64,000 nucleotides of DNA from Marsupella aquatica (Eukaryota; Plantae; Marchantiophyta), in NCBI GenBank assembly GCA_973895155.1, contig OZ316894.1:15430699-15494698 (forward strand). The letters run 5' to 3'. The notes under the pieces were generated by a model. That model had not been told where the DNA came from. It saw only the letters and a program-made list of their open reading frames with translations, and did no database searches. The position numbers and the translations under genes were made by a program. Position 1 is the first letter of the stretch. Each line of letters begins with the position of its first letter. Positions 38,810 to 51,922 of the stretch are shown here, piece by piece.

Positions 38810-39860
38810 TTCAAAGCATGGGGAATGAGCTCATGCAAAAAGGAGGGTAGGGTTTACCTGTTCAAGCGCGCTCTGCCAAACAGCCAATCAAGTTGCAGAT
38901 TTAATTTGCGTCTGAAGCTTCGCGGATGACATTCAAATCCGAGCATGAGCAAGGGGAATGAGCGCAAAAAGGAGGGCAATGAAGCTGCAAGTTTTATTAG
39001 GGTCTGAAGCATTGCGGATGATGACGGGAACTTCGGGAAAGAGTGCGAAGGAGGTCTGAAGAGGATCAAAGGGTTGAACATTGACTCAAATCACTCACTA
39101 GCAGCCATCATCGGCAGAATTGAGGTAAATATATGCCTCAATGCTTTTGTTTTCGAAGAGGAGATTTTTCTTTGCACTGAAGAAGCAAGGACGTTGGACA
39201 GAGTATGTGATGATTGACAGAATCAGAGTAGCTTAAATTTTGAAAGGCTTTGTTTGTTAACAAGAGTTCAAGTTGCGTTAAAGTCTGGAATGACCAACAG
39301 TGGCCTTTAAAATACCTAGCCTTGTGGAACACAAAATAGGTAGCAACTCTGGAAAGTTCTATGATTGGGTTAAATTGATTGAAAGAGCAAGATCCGTGGT
39401 GTGATGTGAGATCCATGCTCTGATAAATCCGTGTTGCCTTTAGAGCATGGGGAATGAGTGCAAAAAGGAGGTTCAATGAAGCTGCAGATTTATTAGGGTC
39501 TGAAGCTTTGCTGCCGACGTACATTAATTTGAATCCGAATAGGAACTTCAAGAAAGAGCATGGAGAGGAAGGTCAAGCAGTCAATCAAATCAGTATTGGC
39601 AGCTATCGTGAACAGAATTGAGGTACATTAAATTAAATTGATTTGCTTTTGTTTTGAAGAGGAGAAGTTGCTTTGGATTGGAGAAGCAAGGACACTAGCT
39701 AGACAAAGTATTTGATAATCGACACAATTTAGGGAGTTCCCAGTTTGAAAGGCTTTTCTCAGGGCTTTTCTCAGGGCTTGTCTTTTTCAAGAGGAGAAGT
39801 TGCATTGGACTCGATCAGGAAGGGTAGCAAGTCTAGAGATTAAATGTGATGATTTTGTGA
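38810..39860 (+). repeat. Diverged direct duplications upstream of the transposase
   Basis: GCATG..GGGAATGAG..CAAAAAGGAGG at ~38816, 38943 and 39444; CAGAATTGAGGTA at ~39115 and 39613; GAGGAGAAGTTGC at ~39658 and 39790. Confidence 0.7.
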
Positions 39861-39995
39861 GGTATGTTCTAAGTCATGAATTGAAATTGGATCCCTGGGA
39901 CGTAGGTGAATTTGATTCTATGAGGGTGGGCGGCCTTTGATTGGTAAAGGAAGTTGAACACCCCGATGTATTTGATGCTCCATGATTAGGCTGAA

Positions 39996-42900
39996 ATGGC
40001 TACTCTTAATCAGGTATCCGATGCCCTAGCAAGAGAGAGGTTGGAGAAGCGAAGGTTGGCAAATCGCAAATCCAAGTTGAAAAGACAAGAGCAAATAGCA
40101 AACGGTCAGCACATAGGTGGTCAACAGGCAGTTCCCACTGATGAAATGATTCATGAAACACAACAACAGTGCAATCTCATGATGGAGAGTGCTAAGCAGC
40201 AATGTCAAGATTTAGTGATTGATGGCAACCGAAGGCAAAGAGAGTTATTGGCTGCTGGGCAATCAGAGGCAATGAGAATTACTAGTGAGGCTCATGAAGC
40301 TGCCGATGTGATGTTGCGTACAGCCCGGGAAGAAAGTGAAAATCTCAAGGAGGCTGCGCATTCATGCCATTTTGAGATTTTAGAGTCTAGGCGGAGGACC
40401 CTAAGGGCAAGCATTCCAACACAGGTCAACGCCCACATTCGAATGCCAAGGCAGAGCACCCAAACTGCTTGCACTCAAGTGCATGCAGCCCACCTTCATC
40501 CACTAAATGAAGGTGAGCACGATAATTGTGGTTGTGATGACCAATTGCAGGAAGATTCCATTCTTGAGAAGAGGAGGAAGGATGCAGACAGGAAGAGATT
40601 TGAGTACCAAAGGAGCAAGCGCTCTATTCCAGAAGACGGTGTAACTCCCAACCGAAAGAGAAGGTGCATTACAATTGTGTTATCAGATATAGTTAGGTAC
40701 ATTTTGGAGAAGACCGCTACATTCAATGTAGGTGCAAGGAGGGCAGTACTATCTGGTATCTGGTTGCACAAATACTTGAAGAAGTACCAGCCTACAAGAC
40801 TAGGTTCGCCTAAAATGGATTGGGCTGTAGCTGCTGCATTATGTGATGTGAGGAAAACCTTGAGCATAGTGAAGCAAGGGAAGCGCAAAGACCACCTTGC
40901 TGCAAAGTACCAAGTTTTGTCAGCACTTGTAGGAAAGACATGTGTAGATAGAAGGCAGCAAACCTCTCTAGCTCAAGCTTTGGGTATACAACGGCAAAAT
41001 CTTCATAGGGCATCTAAGATCAGGATGCAGATTGATGAAGATCGTGAAAAAGCTTATCCTATGGGGGAAAGAAAGGTACATCAAGATAAGATTTCTGATG
41101 AAGTTTGAAAACAGGTGGAACACTTTTGGGAAACCCACACTCGGATTTCTCCATGTAAGAACAATGAAGCCAGATTGCGACTAGGGCGGAAAATGTATGA
41201 AACACATCAAGTGCACTGGTTGGAGGATACACAGGTGAGAAATTCTCCATGATTGATTTGCCACTTTTGATTTTAACTCATAATACGATCTGCAGATGTT
41301 GAGAAGTAGTTTTCCTTCATGTGTGCTTTAGCCATTGTGCTCTGCTATAACCGCCTAGTTTTTTCTTTAAGGTAGGATCTGAATAATTTTGTGAGACCTG
41401 ACATCCTATATAGCCTAGCAGGAAGGACTTTGTTCCAGGAAAATTCCTTCAGGACTGACTATCTAGGCCTTCAGGAAGCACTGTTGAATCCTTGTCAAGT
41501 GAAGTCTGGCATGAGAAACGAGTTGAGTCCTTGGCAAAGTACTATCTAGTTAATCACTAAGGACTATATAGTCCTTGACTCAGGAGTATGGATAGCAGTG
41601 AAGTCCTTAGTCAAAGGACTTTACTCCTTGGATAAAAACTATACTCCTTAGCCAAGGGCTTCACTAAGCATCAAGGACTCTACTCCTTTGCCCAGGACTA
41701 TATAGTCCTTATCAAAGGACTTTACTACTTTGTAAAGGACTTTCTGAAGGACTTTACTACTTTGTAAAGGACTATAGTCCTTTCTAAAGGACTTCACTCC
41801 TTTGTGAAGGACTATTAATACTCCTTACTCAAGGACTTTACTACTTTGTAAAGGACTTTCTGAAGGACTTTACTACTTTATAAAGAACTATAGTCCTTTC
41901 TCAAGGACTTTACTCCTTTGTGAAGGACTATTAATAGTCCTTACTAAAGGACTTTACTACTTTGTAAAGGACTATAGTCCTTCCCCAAGGACTTTACTAC
42001 TTTGTAAAGGACTATAGTCCTTTCTCAAGGACTTTACTCCTTTGTGAAGGACTATTAATAGTCCTTATACTAAAGGACTTTACTACTTTGTAAAGGACTG
42101 TAGTCCTTCCCCAAGGACTTTACTCCTTTGTAAAGGACTATAGTCCTTTCTCAAGGACTTTACTCCTTTTAACAGGACTACTAATAGTCCTTGGACTTTA
42201 CTCCTTGGTACGGGCTTTCGTAAAGGACTATAGTCCTTATTCTTTCAAGAACTGTAGTCCTTTGTAAAGGACTATAGTCCTTACTCAAGTGTTTACTCCT
42301 TTTTAAAGGACTATATAGTACTTACTTAAGGACTTGACTCCTTTGTAAACTAAGGACTATAGTCTTTATTCAAGGATTGTAGTCCTTATTGAAGTACTTT
42401 ACTCCTTTGTCGAGGACTGTCTTTAGTCCTCATCCGAGGACTATGTAGTCCTTCGATAAGGACTTTAATCCTTTGTAAAGGACTATAGTCCTGGGTTGTG
42501 TTACGTCTATAGACTAGTCCTTTGTCAACGAGTGAAGCGCTTTGACCAAATGATTGTAGTACTCCTCCCCGATGGACTTTAGTCCTTAAGCTTTGCTGGT
42601 AGTCTTCCAATGAGGATTCCAACCCTTGCTGAAGGACTTCAGTCTAAAATAAGTAGTACCCAGATATCTAGGGATTTTTATGGGTGCACATTTGAGGGTG
42701 TCTATTTGCTATAGTATTTCTAATAAAACTCTCCTGTATGTTTACAATATCAATTCTATTCAGCATTTCGTGACTGGTGCACAAGGGAGCAGAATGGGGT
42801 GTCTGTAGGGATGCGATCATTCATATACTTCAAGCCATATTATGTTCGCAAGATGAAGGACCGAAATGTTTGTTGCTGCAAACAACATGTGGAGATGGAC

Positions 42901-44884
42901 TTACTGAAAGAGGCAATTAACAAATTTAGGTGGCACCAGCACAATAAGGACTGTCCTTGTGAATGTGATATCTGTAGACCCTTAGGTGTTGTACCCATTT
43001 CTTCTTGTATGGCATCTACAAAGTCCATAACCTCAGTTCGTGGCTGGATAGAGGAAGCTCTCTGTCCTAGATTGCCTGAGAACGAGTGGCACCAAAAAGC
43101 CTGTATTATAGGTGAATGTGACAAATGTGGAGTAGAGAAGTTGGATTGGTGCACTCAGGAGTTGGACCCTGCACATAAACAAATGATCGATTGGCAGTCG
43201 TTTGAATATCATGACCTGGATGACACTGCCCAACAAAAGAGAGAGAAAAAGAAAGGGTCTAAAGAGAGCGCAACAAAGCAGGCTAGGCGATTGAGGATGG
43301 TTTATAAGAACACTCCCATGGTAGATTTTAAGAGGGCGGTGTTGGATACCATGAAAACATTTATTGTGCATAACTTTTGAGCACATTGGCAGTCGCAACA
43401 ATTTAGACAATGTCTCAAAACATTTCCAAGAGGGACAATTGTTTCTTCAATAGATTTTTCAGAAAATTACACTTTTTTGCCTCAAAATAAGATTCAGAGT
43501 CAACATTGGGACAATAAGCAAGTGACATTGTTAATCCATGTTACCTATAGACATAGGGAAGATGCCGATTCACTTGAAGCTGCAGTGGGTAGGCCTGTGC
43601 AAGCAGCACAAAATGCTGATAGGACTCGTGATATTATAGCCGATTACCATTTCTACATTAGTGATGATAACTGTCATGACACTCTTTTTGTGCAACATTG
43701 CATGGATGCACATTGGGAGTGGATGGCTGATCAGGGCATTCATGTTGATCAACATTGGGTTTGGTCTGATGGGGCTGCCTCTCAGTTCAAGGCCTGCAGA
43801 CCGTTTTATTACGTCAGTAGGTACTACTCGAGGTTTGGTGCACGGATGAAATGGTTCTTCCATGCCTCTGGCCATGGGAAGGGTGTTGTTGTGAGTATCT
43901 TTTGAACACACTTTGCAACCAATTCTGTGAATACTCGCCTTTCAACTGAAGTGTAGTAAGTTTCTAATGGAGTTGGATGTCCAGACTTGCACACCTAAGA
44001 GGCTTCTAATTTGTGTTTCTGGTATGCTATAATAGGATGCTCTCGGAGGTCACATCAAGACCGGGCTTGCAACTGAGCAACTGAAAGGCATCAATGGTCA
44101 TCGTCTGGAGGGTGCATCAGATGTGGTGAAGTTTTGCAAGCACAAGTTTGTCGTTGGTCAATTGCAAGAGTATGGTGATGTGCAACTCGTTCGACGTGTT
44201 TTTTGGGAAATTCCAGTTGGCATTGTAAACAGAAGGAAGAAGTGGGATTGTGATCCAATCAAGGATTGTAGATCTTTGCACTGCTTTGATGGATTTAGTA
44301 AGAGTTTGTCAACATTGTTGCAAGTTCGAGAGCTCAGTTGTTTTTGTGTAGCTTGTGTTGATGATGATCCAATGAATTGTGAGAACAAGGAATGGGTAGA
44401 CAAGTATCGCCTAGAGATGGTCAAAGGGGTATTGCAGGCAGATGTCAGACCTAATGTACAGAACATGGGAGAGGGTGAAGGACTACTTGACAACATCTCT
44501 CTGCCAGAATGTGTCCAATTGGGAGATTTCTATGCATGTCGTGCTTGTCAACCGAATCAAGATAATGTAGATTTCTACATTTATCAGTGCGAAGAGGTGC
44601 TCCACACAGTCACAAAGAGTTTTGCTGATGGGTACTAGGTACAATTCAAGGCAGGGGACATGGCCTTAAAGGGGAGGTGGTTCCAACCATATCTAGGATC
44701 AGAAAACAAGTTTGTCTTCAATTCTGCTTCTCCTTTCAGCTACTGCCACCCAGGGGAAGTCATTCACATTCGATTTGGTTTGACACCATGTGACATGCCC
44801 AAGGGAGGCAAGGGACGAGGTGCTAGATTTTACACACTAGACTCAGACACTATAGAAGCCATTTATGACTCGCTGCAGGTGTAG
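39996..44884 (+). pseudogene. Spliced DDD transposase, Sola2-like, with in-frame stops
   Basis: KPYYVR...CCCKQH; C-rich CIIGECDKCG; IDFSENY...QSQHW...QVTLL; ISDDNCHD; WSDGAASQFK; intron 43891-44035 joins GHGKGVV to DALGGHIK; RELSCFCVAC. Large intron ~41235-42763. Confidence 0.8.
41540..42645. repeat. Intronic minisatellite built from AAGGACT/AGTCCTT units, including the palindrome AAGGACTATAGTCCTT
   Basis: Dozens of copies of AAGGACTTTACT(A/C)CTTTGT and AAGGACTATAGTCCTT in ~40-bp higher-order units. Confidence 0.92.
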
Positions 44885-45959
44885 GTTCTGTAAGACTTGT
44901 TGCAGGTGTAGGTTCTGTAGGTTCTGGATGTGTGTGATGAGGATATCCAAAGTTTCAGTCTCGTAGGTGAGTCTAGTTTTGTCTTACATGAAGATTTCCA
45001 AGAATTCTGTCTTGTAGGCGAGGCTGGTTTTTATGGAACTGTAAAATTGTTCAGAGATCGATTTAATGTAAGGCGCGCATTGACTTATTTTTCACCTTCA
45101 TTTCATTTTAGCATCAACAATGGTTGGTCACAACCCGTCAGGCAGAACCAATAACATTGTGTAAGTATTGCTGTAATGGTAGTGTCCCTCAAAAGTGTCG
45201 GAATGACTAAGTGTCATTATACTTTTTTGACAAAACATACAAATCTAGATCATCTTTGACTATTTTTCACTTCTAATCATAAACTCCAAAAGTGGTGAAT
45301 CTTAAGCCGTGGCTTCTACTATCTACAATCTCTATGCTAACAATTTTTAAGACTTTTTCTGAGTAGCTAATGTGCCTCAATAAAATTGCAGAAAAGTGCT
45401 TACGTAGCACAAACCCTAAATCCATCCATATCCATGAACAGATTCCTTGTCGCCTAAATACTTGATGTCTTCAAGTTCTTTCCATGGTTTCCCATTCTAC
45501 TCGTCCGACCCTGAAGGGGCTTTACTAGGACAATATTGAATATCTATCCCTGTGGGAGTTTTATTGGTTTTGAGGCACTTTGTCTCTCAATTGAGAGAGT
45601 TAAATTATCATTTTTGCATGTACTCAATATTACATATTCAATATTTCACCGGCGGGGCAATAATTTTGATCACGTTGGGGACACCCGCATGGTTCTGTTG
45701 CTCGCCATGACTATTTAAGAACAATAGAAAAAAAATCACATAAACCATAATAATGCACTTTGCCAATAGTTCAAAGTAAAGCGGGTCTGGAGAAGTGTCC
45801 CATGTTGAAGCCAGACATTATCCCGCAAGGAATTTGCAGCACCCACACGTAGACAAGATCCTAGTGGAAACAAAAGACGAAATGTATGGAGCTTTCGTGA
45901 CCAAACCACTCAATTAAAATAGACATGAATGTGGGCATGAATAACATGTGCGGTTTTCT

Positions 45960-46723
45960 TCAAACTCTGTAAATTGTAACCAGGCACCAAATTTTGAGAT
46001 GAATACATAGTTGGTAAGAAAAAGTCTTACAATGAAAACGAGGCTCCCAAGGCCTCAATCCCTAACAAAGTATCATCCAAAACCAGATGATTTAACCCAG
46101 CCATCCGAAACCCTTCCTCTTGTATAGTTTGACTGCCTACTTTTGATGCTAAAAGACCTGAATGTCTCCAGTATGTCTGACCCTAGGTCAGCAACAATAT
46201 TCTTTAGCTTGCTAAGGCCAACTTCGGCCACAGAAGACTCGTCTGTTGGAGCCTCGACTTTGATTTCTTCAAAGTACAATGCTCAAGGCAGATCTCCTCC
46301 CTTGTCACCCTTGACATACCTGATGATCCAAGTCCTTGCCAAAACCTGATCCCTGATCTCATCTCTCCTCTCATCATCAGAATCCCTATAGTCCTGGCCC
46401 GAGATCCCCATCAACTGCAGACCATTAGCTTCATTCACTTGAAGCACCACATCGCCAACCTGCACAGCAAAACAGTACATATATGTTCCTTCCCCATCCC
46501 TAGAACAAGAGTGTTGGAGTCTGTTGCGTGATCGAGGACCTAAAGGTGACTCAGGATTCTGCATTCTCAACCTCCGTTTGTGCTTTCCCAAGGTGCAGGG
46601 ACGGCCGTCACTCAAAACTCCCCCACGGCCTTCATAAGTAAAGGCTCCAGCACATAGACCCCATATCTGATCAATCCCGACCTCATGGAGAGTATCATAT
46701 AGGCTAAGCTTCTCCATCTGCAA
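45960..46723 (-). pseudogene. Unidentified coding remnant
   Basis: ORFs 46283-46723 and 46073-46279 are in one frame with protein-like composition; no motif recognised. Confidence 0.35.
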
Positions 46724-46933
46724 AACTGAAGCACCTCATTCTCAAAATCAAGAATTCAACAATTTGAATCAAACAAACTAATCAAAGACTCTTGCACTTT
46801 CTCACTCCACAGACTTTTGCAAGGATTTCCTAAGGACTTCAAGTCCTTCCTCACTCCAAGTCCTTGGTAAATCCTTAGAGTCCTTACCGAAGGACTCAGT
46901 GTTCTTGTCGACGGACTAAGTGTCCTTGCCCAA

Positions 46934-47286
46934 TGTGACGCCGATGACATGGTCCTTATTCTTTAATCTGATTAACTAGGCTGCTGTATGCAAGGAGTAG
47001 CTATTGATATTGTATGACAATTAGCAAGATGGCAAGAATAAGGGCAATCATGGCATTAAGAGTAGGGAAATAAAAGCTATGTCGCGGGTGGTTGGCGACC
47101 ATATCTCATTAAATATGTCACCAAATCCGGATCTGTAAAGAGCATTGGAAAGATCTGGTCAAGGCAAGTAAAATCGATATAAAACACTCTCAAAACGGAG
47201 GTGTATTAGGAAAGATATGATCTTATTAGTGTGACGGGTTAGTGTGTAACCCGGGATAGCGGATACGGATAGAGGTTAGCGGACAC
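46934..47286 (+). mobile_element. Family A LTR-like repeat, copy 3, left part
   Basis: Starts TGTGACGCCGATGACATGGTCC; reverse-complement match to 14985-15291; cut by the gypsy insertion. Confidence 0.85.
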
Positions 47287-50200
47287 TGTGATGCCTAGAT
47301 AGGAATCACTCGGCCGGTTAAGTGGGTAAAGCAGGAAGGCACCCTAGGAACACCTTAGTATAGGGACAAAACAAGGAAAATATAAACAATTAGGGGCAAC
47401 CATGGAACCCGGGCAGAGGCCGGAGGTAAGGCTGAGGGTGAAAACCCGATTAGGGTTAGGGCGCGTTAAGCGTCGGCGGCTAGGAAGGATCAACGGGAAG
47501 AAGGACCGGCAGAGGAGAGGGGTAAGGAGCGCTTGCAGGAGATGGTGGCTCATTTGCGAGCACGAACTAGGCAGACGACTACGGGAGGCCAACTACTGTC
47601 AGCTGCTTAGGCAAGCACTCGGGGAGAGAGTAGATACCGACGATCGACCTAAGGAGGGTATGAGCAACGTCAATCAAGCGGCACATTTCTGGGGATGCCT
47701 GTTCGAACGGGCAACTGAGTACATCAAGACTTACGAGGACGAGGAGTCAGAAAGGGCAGCTCGAGAACGGCAGGAGCTCGCTCGATTGTGGGAGCTGCAG
47801 AAGACGGCTTTCTTAGGAGGTGAACTCATCAAGGACGAGTTCCTGTGGACGCCTACTTCCAATCAACTCGACGATCTTCTGTTTTGCAAAGACAGCGTCG
47901 TCGGCATCCGAGAGGCCATCAAGAACTGCAACGACATACACTGGGAATTAAAGGGTAGCACGGAAAGGTGGACCCAGGCAACGGTGCTAGGAGAAACCTC
48001 CACGGCAGTAGAGATGAAGAGGAAGGGGGCCGTCAACGATGAAGCCACCCCGGCAAAAAGAACGAGGTCGGCGGCACCAAAGAGGCCAGCCGAGCAGCAG
48101 AGCAGGAGGCAGGGAGAAGCCGAAGAGGAGGAGGTCGATCCCATCAAGGCCATTCCAACCAGGGATGACACCTGGAAGGGCTGGGCGGCAACCCTACCGG
48201 TGGAGGTGCAACTACATTTTGCACGGGAGGAGGATGCATGCTTTACGGCCATGCAGACCAAGAAGTACCAAGGCTTCATGGCCGGATCCGGCTTGGAGGC
48301 CTTTGTAAGATTACCATGGCTGAAGCTGGAGGTACCGGAGTCAGACCTATTAGAATTTGTGGGGTCATGGGAACCCGAGACCAATTGCACGAGGATATAT
48401 GGGAAGGATTTCTATCTTACTCCCAAGGTAATTGCCGAAGTGTTTGGCTTGCCGATAGGCAATAAGACCAAAGTTGATACCAGGAAGACCTTGCCTGACA
48501 AGGAGTTCCGGTCGTTCCCCGGGCCATCAACGAAGAATGGCTTCTTCCAGAACACCTGCACCAACCCGCACATAGGAGAGATGATCGACTTCTTGCGGGT
48601 GACCATGCATTGTAACTTGCCGAGGGCAGAGATCGGCAAGGCACAGGTCTATCTGGCAGAAAGGCCAGACCCAAGCCGGGACTACAACGGGTATCTCCTC
48701 AACCAATTGAAGAAGATCTTAAAGGAGGAGCAGCAGGTAATTGGCATGGGGAGCGTGTCGCGGCTTGGCTATCACATGCCGCTGTTGTGCCGGTATGCCA
48801 GAGGTCAGACTTTTGCCCCGGTACTTCCCCTGCAGGTAAGGGCACCCGAGGAAGCTCCAACGCCGAGGCCGTTGGCTGAGAAGCCTCAACCACCTGTTAG
48901 TCCTACGATCGAGCAGGTGTTTAGGCCCAGGAAGGAAGACTTGCCGATGCAGCAACCAGGCATGCAGAGTCTGCTGAAACTACTGGAGAAAGAAAAGAAA
49001 TCGGCATCGGCAACAACAACGGCAACGGCAACAATGCAGGACACTACTACAGAGGTAGGCCTACACCGGCTCACAAGAGAAAACCCCTTTGCTGGAGACA
49101 AGGAGAGAATCAGGCCGGAATCCAAGCCAGGTGTTCGAATATACGTGGGAACCTCAAGCTCCGAATCTGAGGCAGAATTGCCTGAAGCTCCTACCGACGA
49201 AGAGAAGAGGGAGAAGCCGGACGTCCAAGAGGTAGAGGAGGCAGTGGAGGACTGCAGCCATGATAATTCCGGCTATGGGTCGGACCATCACGTTCCAGGA
49301 GTAAGGACCTGTGGCCGGTTTGTCCCCACACTTCCAAGGGTAGTGCGAGGGGACCCCAACCAGCAGAGTAGCCCTGAGTCTCCCCCACCAGATGTTGCTC
49401 CCCCGAGCTTCGACGGCATAAAACAGACGGTGCAGGAATTTCAGGAGCGAATCAAGCAGGAGGAGGAGGCCGCCCTGGCTAAGGAAAAGGATTTACCAGG
49501 AGGAGATTGGCCGGAGGACATCAGGCGGCTAGCCGAAAAAGGAAGCAAACCTCTAGCCACGATTGAAGAGATCCGCAGGACGGCTTGGGAGCAGAGGCCA
49601 CGATGGGCGATGCCGATCACTTCTACTTACTCCACCTACGCTAAGAATAGAGCCATGGAGTATGGTGAGATGTGTGGGGAACTTGCGCTCGGCATCTTTG
49701 GAGAGGAGTTGGAGGTAGGACCCTTTTTCCATAGGGAGCAGTTGGAGAAGCACCAATTAGAAGAAGCGGTGGCTTTAGAGAGAAGCAAGAAGGACGAGGT
49801 CATTCGGCGGCTTAGGAGGATGGAAGCCGAGATTGAAGATCTAAGGGCGGCCAAGAAAGCCCAAGATGAACTGCGGATTAAACGACATGAGCTGAACATC
49901 ATGCAGGGGCAGTTGGACACCGCGCAGGCTGATAATCAGAATATCAAGGATAAACTGACTCAGACGCAGGAAGAGTTGGCCGACACGATCAAAGAGAGGG
50001 AGAAGTGGAAGCAAGAGCTGAAGAATACAGAGGAGGCCCACATAACAGCCAACAGCCGGGCCATGGCGGAGACCCAAAGAAAGGAATGGGCGTTGAAAGG
50101 GGAGCTCGAGAAAATCCGCGGAGCCCTTGAGCAGAAGGAGGTCGAGTTAGGGAAATCCTATCAAGGGATTATGGCGCTGCATCAGGAGCTTGCGTCCTTG

Positions 50201-51922
50201 ACGGCCAGCTTCAAGGCTGACCTAAGGGAGAAGGACGAGATGCTCGAACAGACTTACGCCAAGATGAACCAGATGGAGTCTGTCATCATTGCAGAGCTCG
50301 ACAAGGAGCTAAGAGCAACCCAGGAGGAGAGGGCTACCTTGAAGAAGGAATTGGAGGAAGCCCACAGGGAGCAGGAGGAGGCCAAAAACTAGCTGGAGGG
50401 GGCACGTAAGGACCTGGATGAAACCCAAGAGGAGTTGGAGGAAATCACGAGGAAGATGGAGAACCTACAGCGGCGGGCCGACAACCAAATAGAGCGGCTG
50501 AAGAAACAAGCCGCAGTATTTAAATGCTTAGCTGCAGCAGGTCCATCTCCCGTTGGGACAAACCAGTTACCAGGGGTGGTAATTGCCGAAGGACAAGCCG
50601 CGCCACCTGCACCAGTGCCGGAAGTAAGTGGGAAGGGGAAGGGACCAGCTGCCGAGCCACCAACGAAGAAGAAGCGGAAACCTTCAGGGTCAAGGAGTAA
50701 TACGACTTCACAGGCCGTGGTGATCAAGGAGGTAGACCCAGCACCGACCCCAGACAGGGTCACGGCTAGGGATCCAACTACCCTAGGGGAAGGGGAGGCC
50801 GAAGCCGAGGGAGTGGCTGAGGCCGAAGCCGTGGGTATTGCCGAGGCCGGTGTCGAGGCTGAAGCCGAAGGTGGACCCAGTCAGGCCGATGGAGAGTTGA
50901 CTCAGTCAAGGGCAGGTAATCTGTCAGAGAATGAACCTACGGCAGTGGCTGAGGAGGAAGCGTTGGGGGCGTCCATTAAGGATCCACCACCGGTGTCGTG
51001 ACGGTGCAAGGGCGCCGTTCCTTTTAGGGAGGGCGGACGTGGAGGGAGGAGGCGTGAGTGGGCAGGGCGGGCGCGGATCTCCACGTTTAGGATTAGGATC
51101 AGAACCAGGAGCGGCCCTGACACTTAGCTTAGTGGGATTGCGGTCCCACTGGTAGGAGCAACACTTGTGCTCCTGCCTTGCTGTACATAGGTAGATTCGG
51201 GCAAGTAGATTACTGTTAAGTAGATTAGGCTTACGATGCAAAGAATGGCGGATCCACTACCAGGATAAGTACCTGGGCAGCGGGGAGCTCAGGGCCTCTT
51301 CTTTAGCAAGTTTTTAGTTTGCACCAGCCGGGCTGGGATCAAGTAGTACGAGAAGCTCTCGGTTAGTCATACAGTGACCCTTGTGTATATTCATGTTTCC
51401 TCATGCCTAAGAGCTGAATAGAGTTGGCCTCACGGCTTAGTTCGCAGAACTTGTGTATGAGATGTACTGTTTGTATGGCAAGTGCATGGTATGACTCAGT
51501 CAGAATGAGTCATTTTGCTATTTGTGTGTCGCATTAACTTGTGTGAAGAGTGCCCACATCAACAGAAGGAAGGAAAGTAAGCAGGGGAGTGAGAGTTGGA
51601 TGTGTCGAGCTGAGAGAGGTCTTAGCGGCTTAACCAAGCCTATTGGGGATCATTCCGGCGGCGGAATCCAAACATACCTAACAAGACGGAGGGGAAGACA
51701 GGGGAAGATAGGGGAAGGCCTATATTAGGCCGGCTACGTATCTCATGACCCAATGAAGGATCTGTCCAGTATATGTGTGTAAAATGTTAATAGTAGTAGT
51801 AGAAGGTTAGCAGCGTCCCATGCCGCTAAGCCGCGGAAACGGCCTCGCCAAGCACGAAACCTGCGGGAATCGGCTTGAGCTGGGGGGTTTCTTGGGTTTA
51901 GGGAGCCATGGGACGCACCACA
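47287..51922 (+). repeat. Gypsy 5' LTR (4636 bp)
   Basis: Colinear with the 3' LTR at a constant offset of 10860; roughly two dozen substitutions seen by eye. Confidence 0.96.
47402..51001 (+). CDS. LTR-encoded accessory protein (plant mobile/transposon-domain-like region plus long coiled coil); one premature TAG at 50390
   Basis: The 996-aa and 188-aa ORFs are in one frame; the TAG is GAG in the other LTR. Motif LLEFV..W....TRIYGKDFYLTPKVIAEVFGLP and ~270 aa of E/K-rich heptads. Alternative start at ATG 47660. Confidence 0.85.

Larger units (their letters stand above)
38244..45759 (+). mobile_element. Sola2-like DNA transposon (boundaries tentative)
   Basis: Begins exactly where the copia remnant is cut. 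Candidate ends GGTGCATT...AATGCACT flanked by a 4-bp TTGC duplication. Contains a DDD transposase. Confidence 0.5.

Noticed and set aside
41540-42645. CRISPR-like array of palindromic repeats
   Set aside because: No unique spacers, no cas genes, eukaryotic intron context.
47651-47662. Shine-Dalgarno-like AAGGAGG before ATG 47660
   Set aside because: Only 2 nt from the ATG, in a purine-rich eukaryotic LTR; expected by chance.
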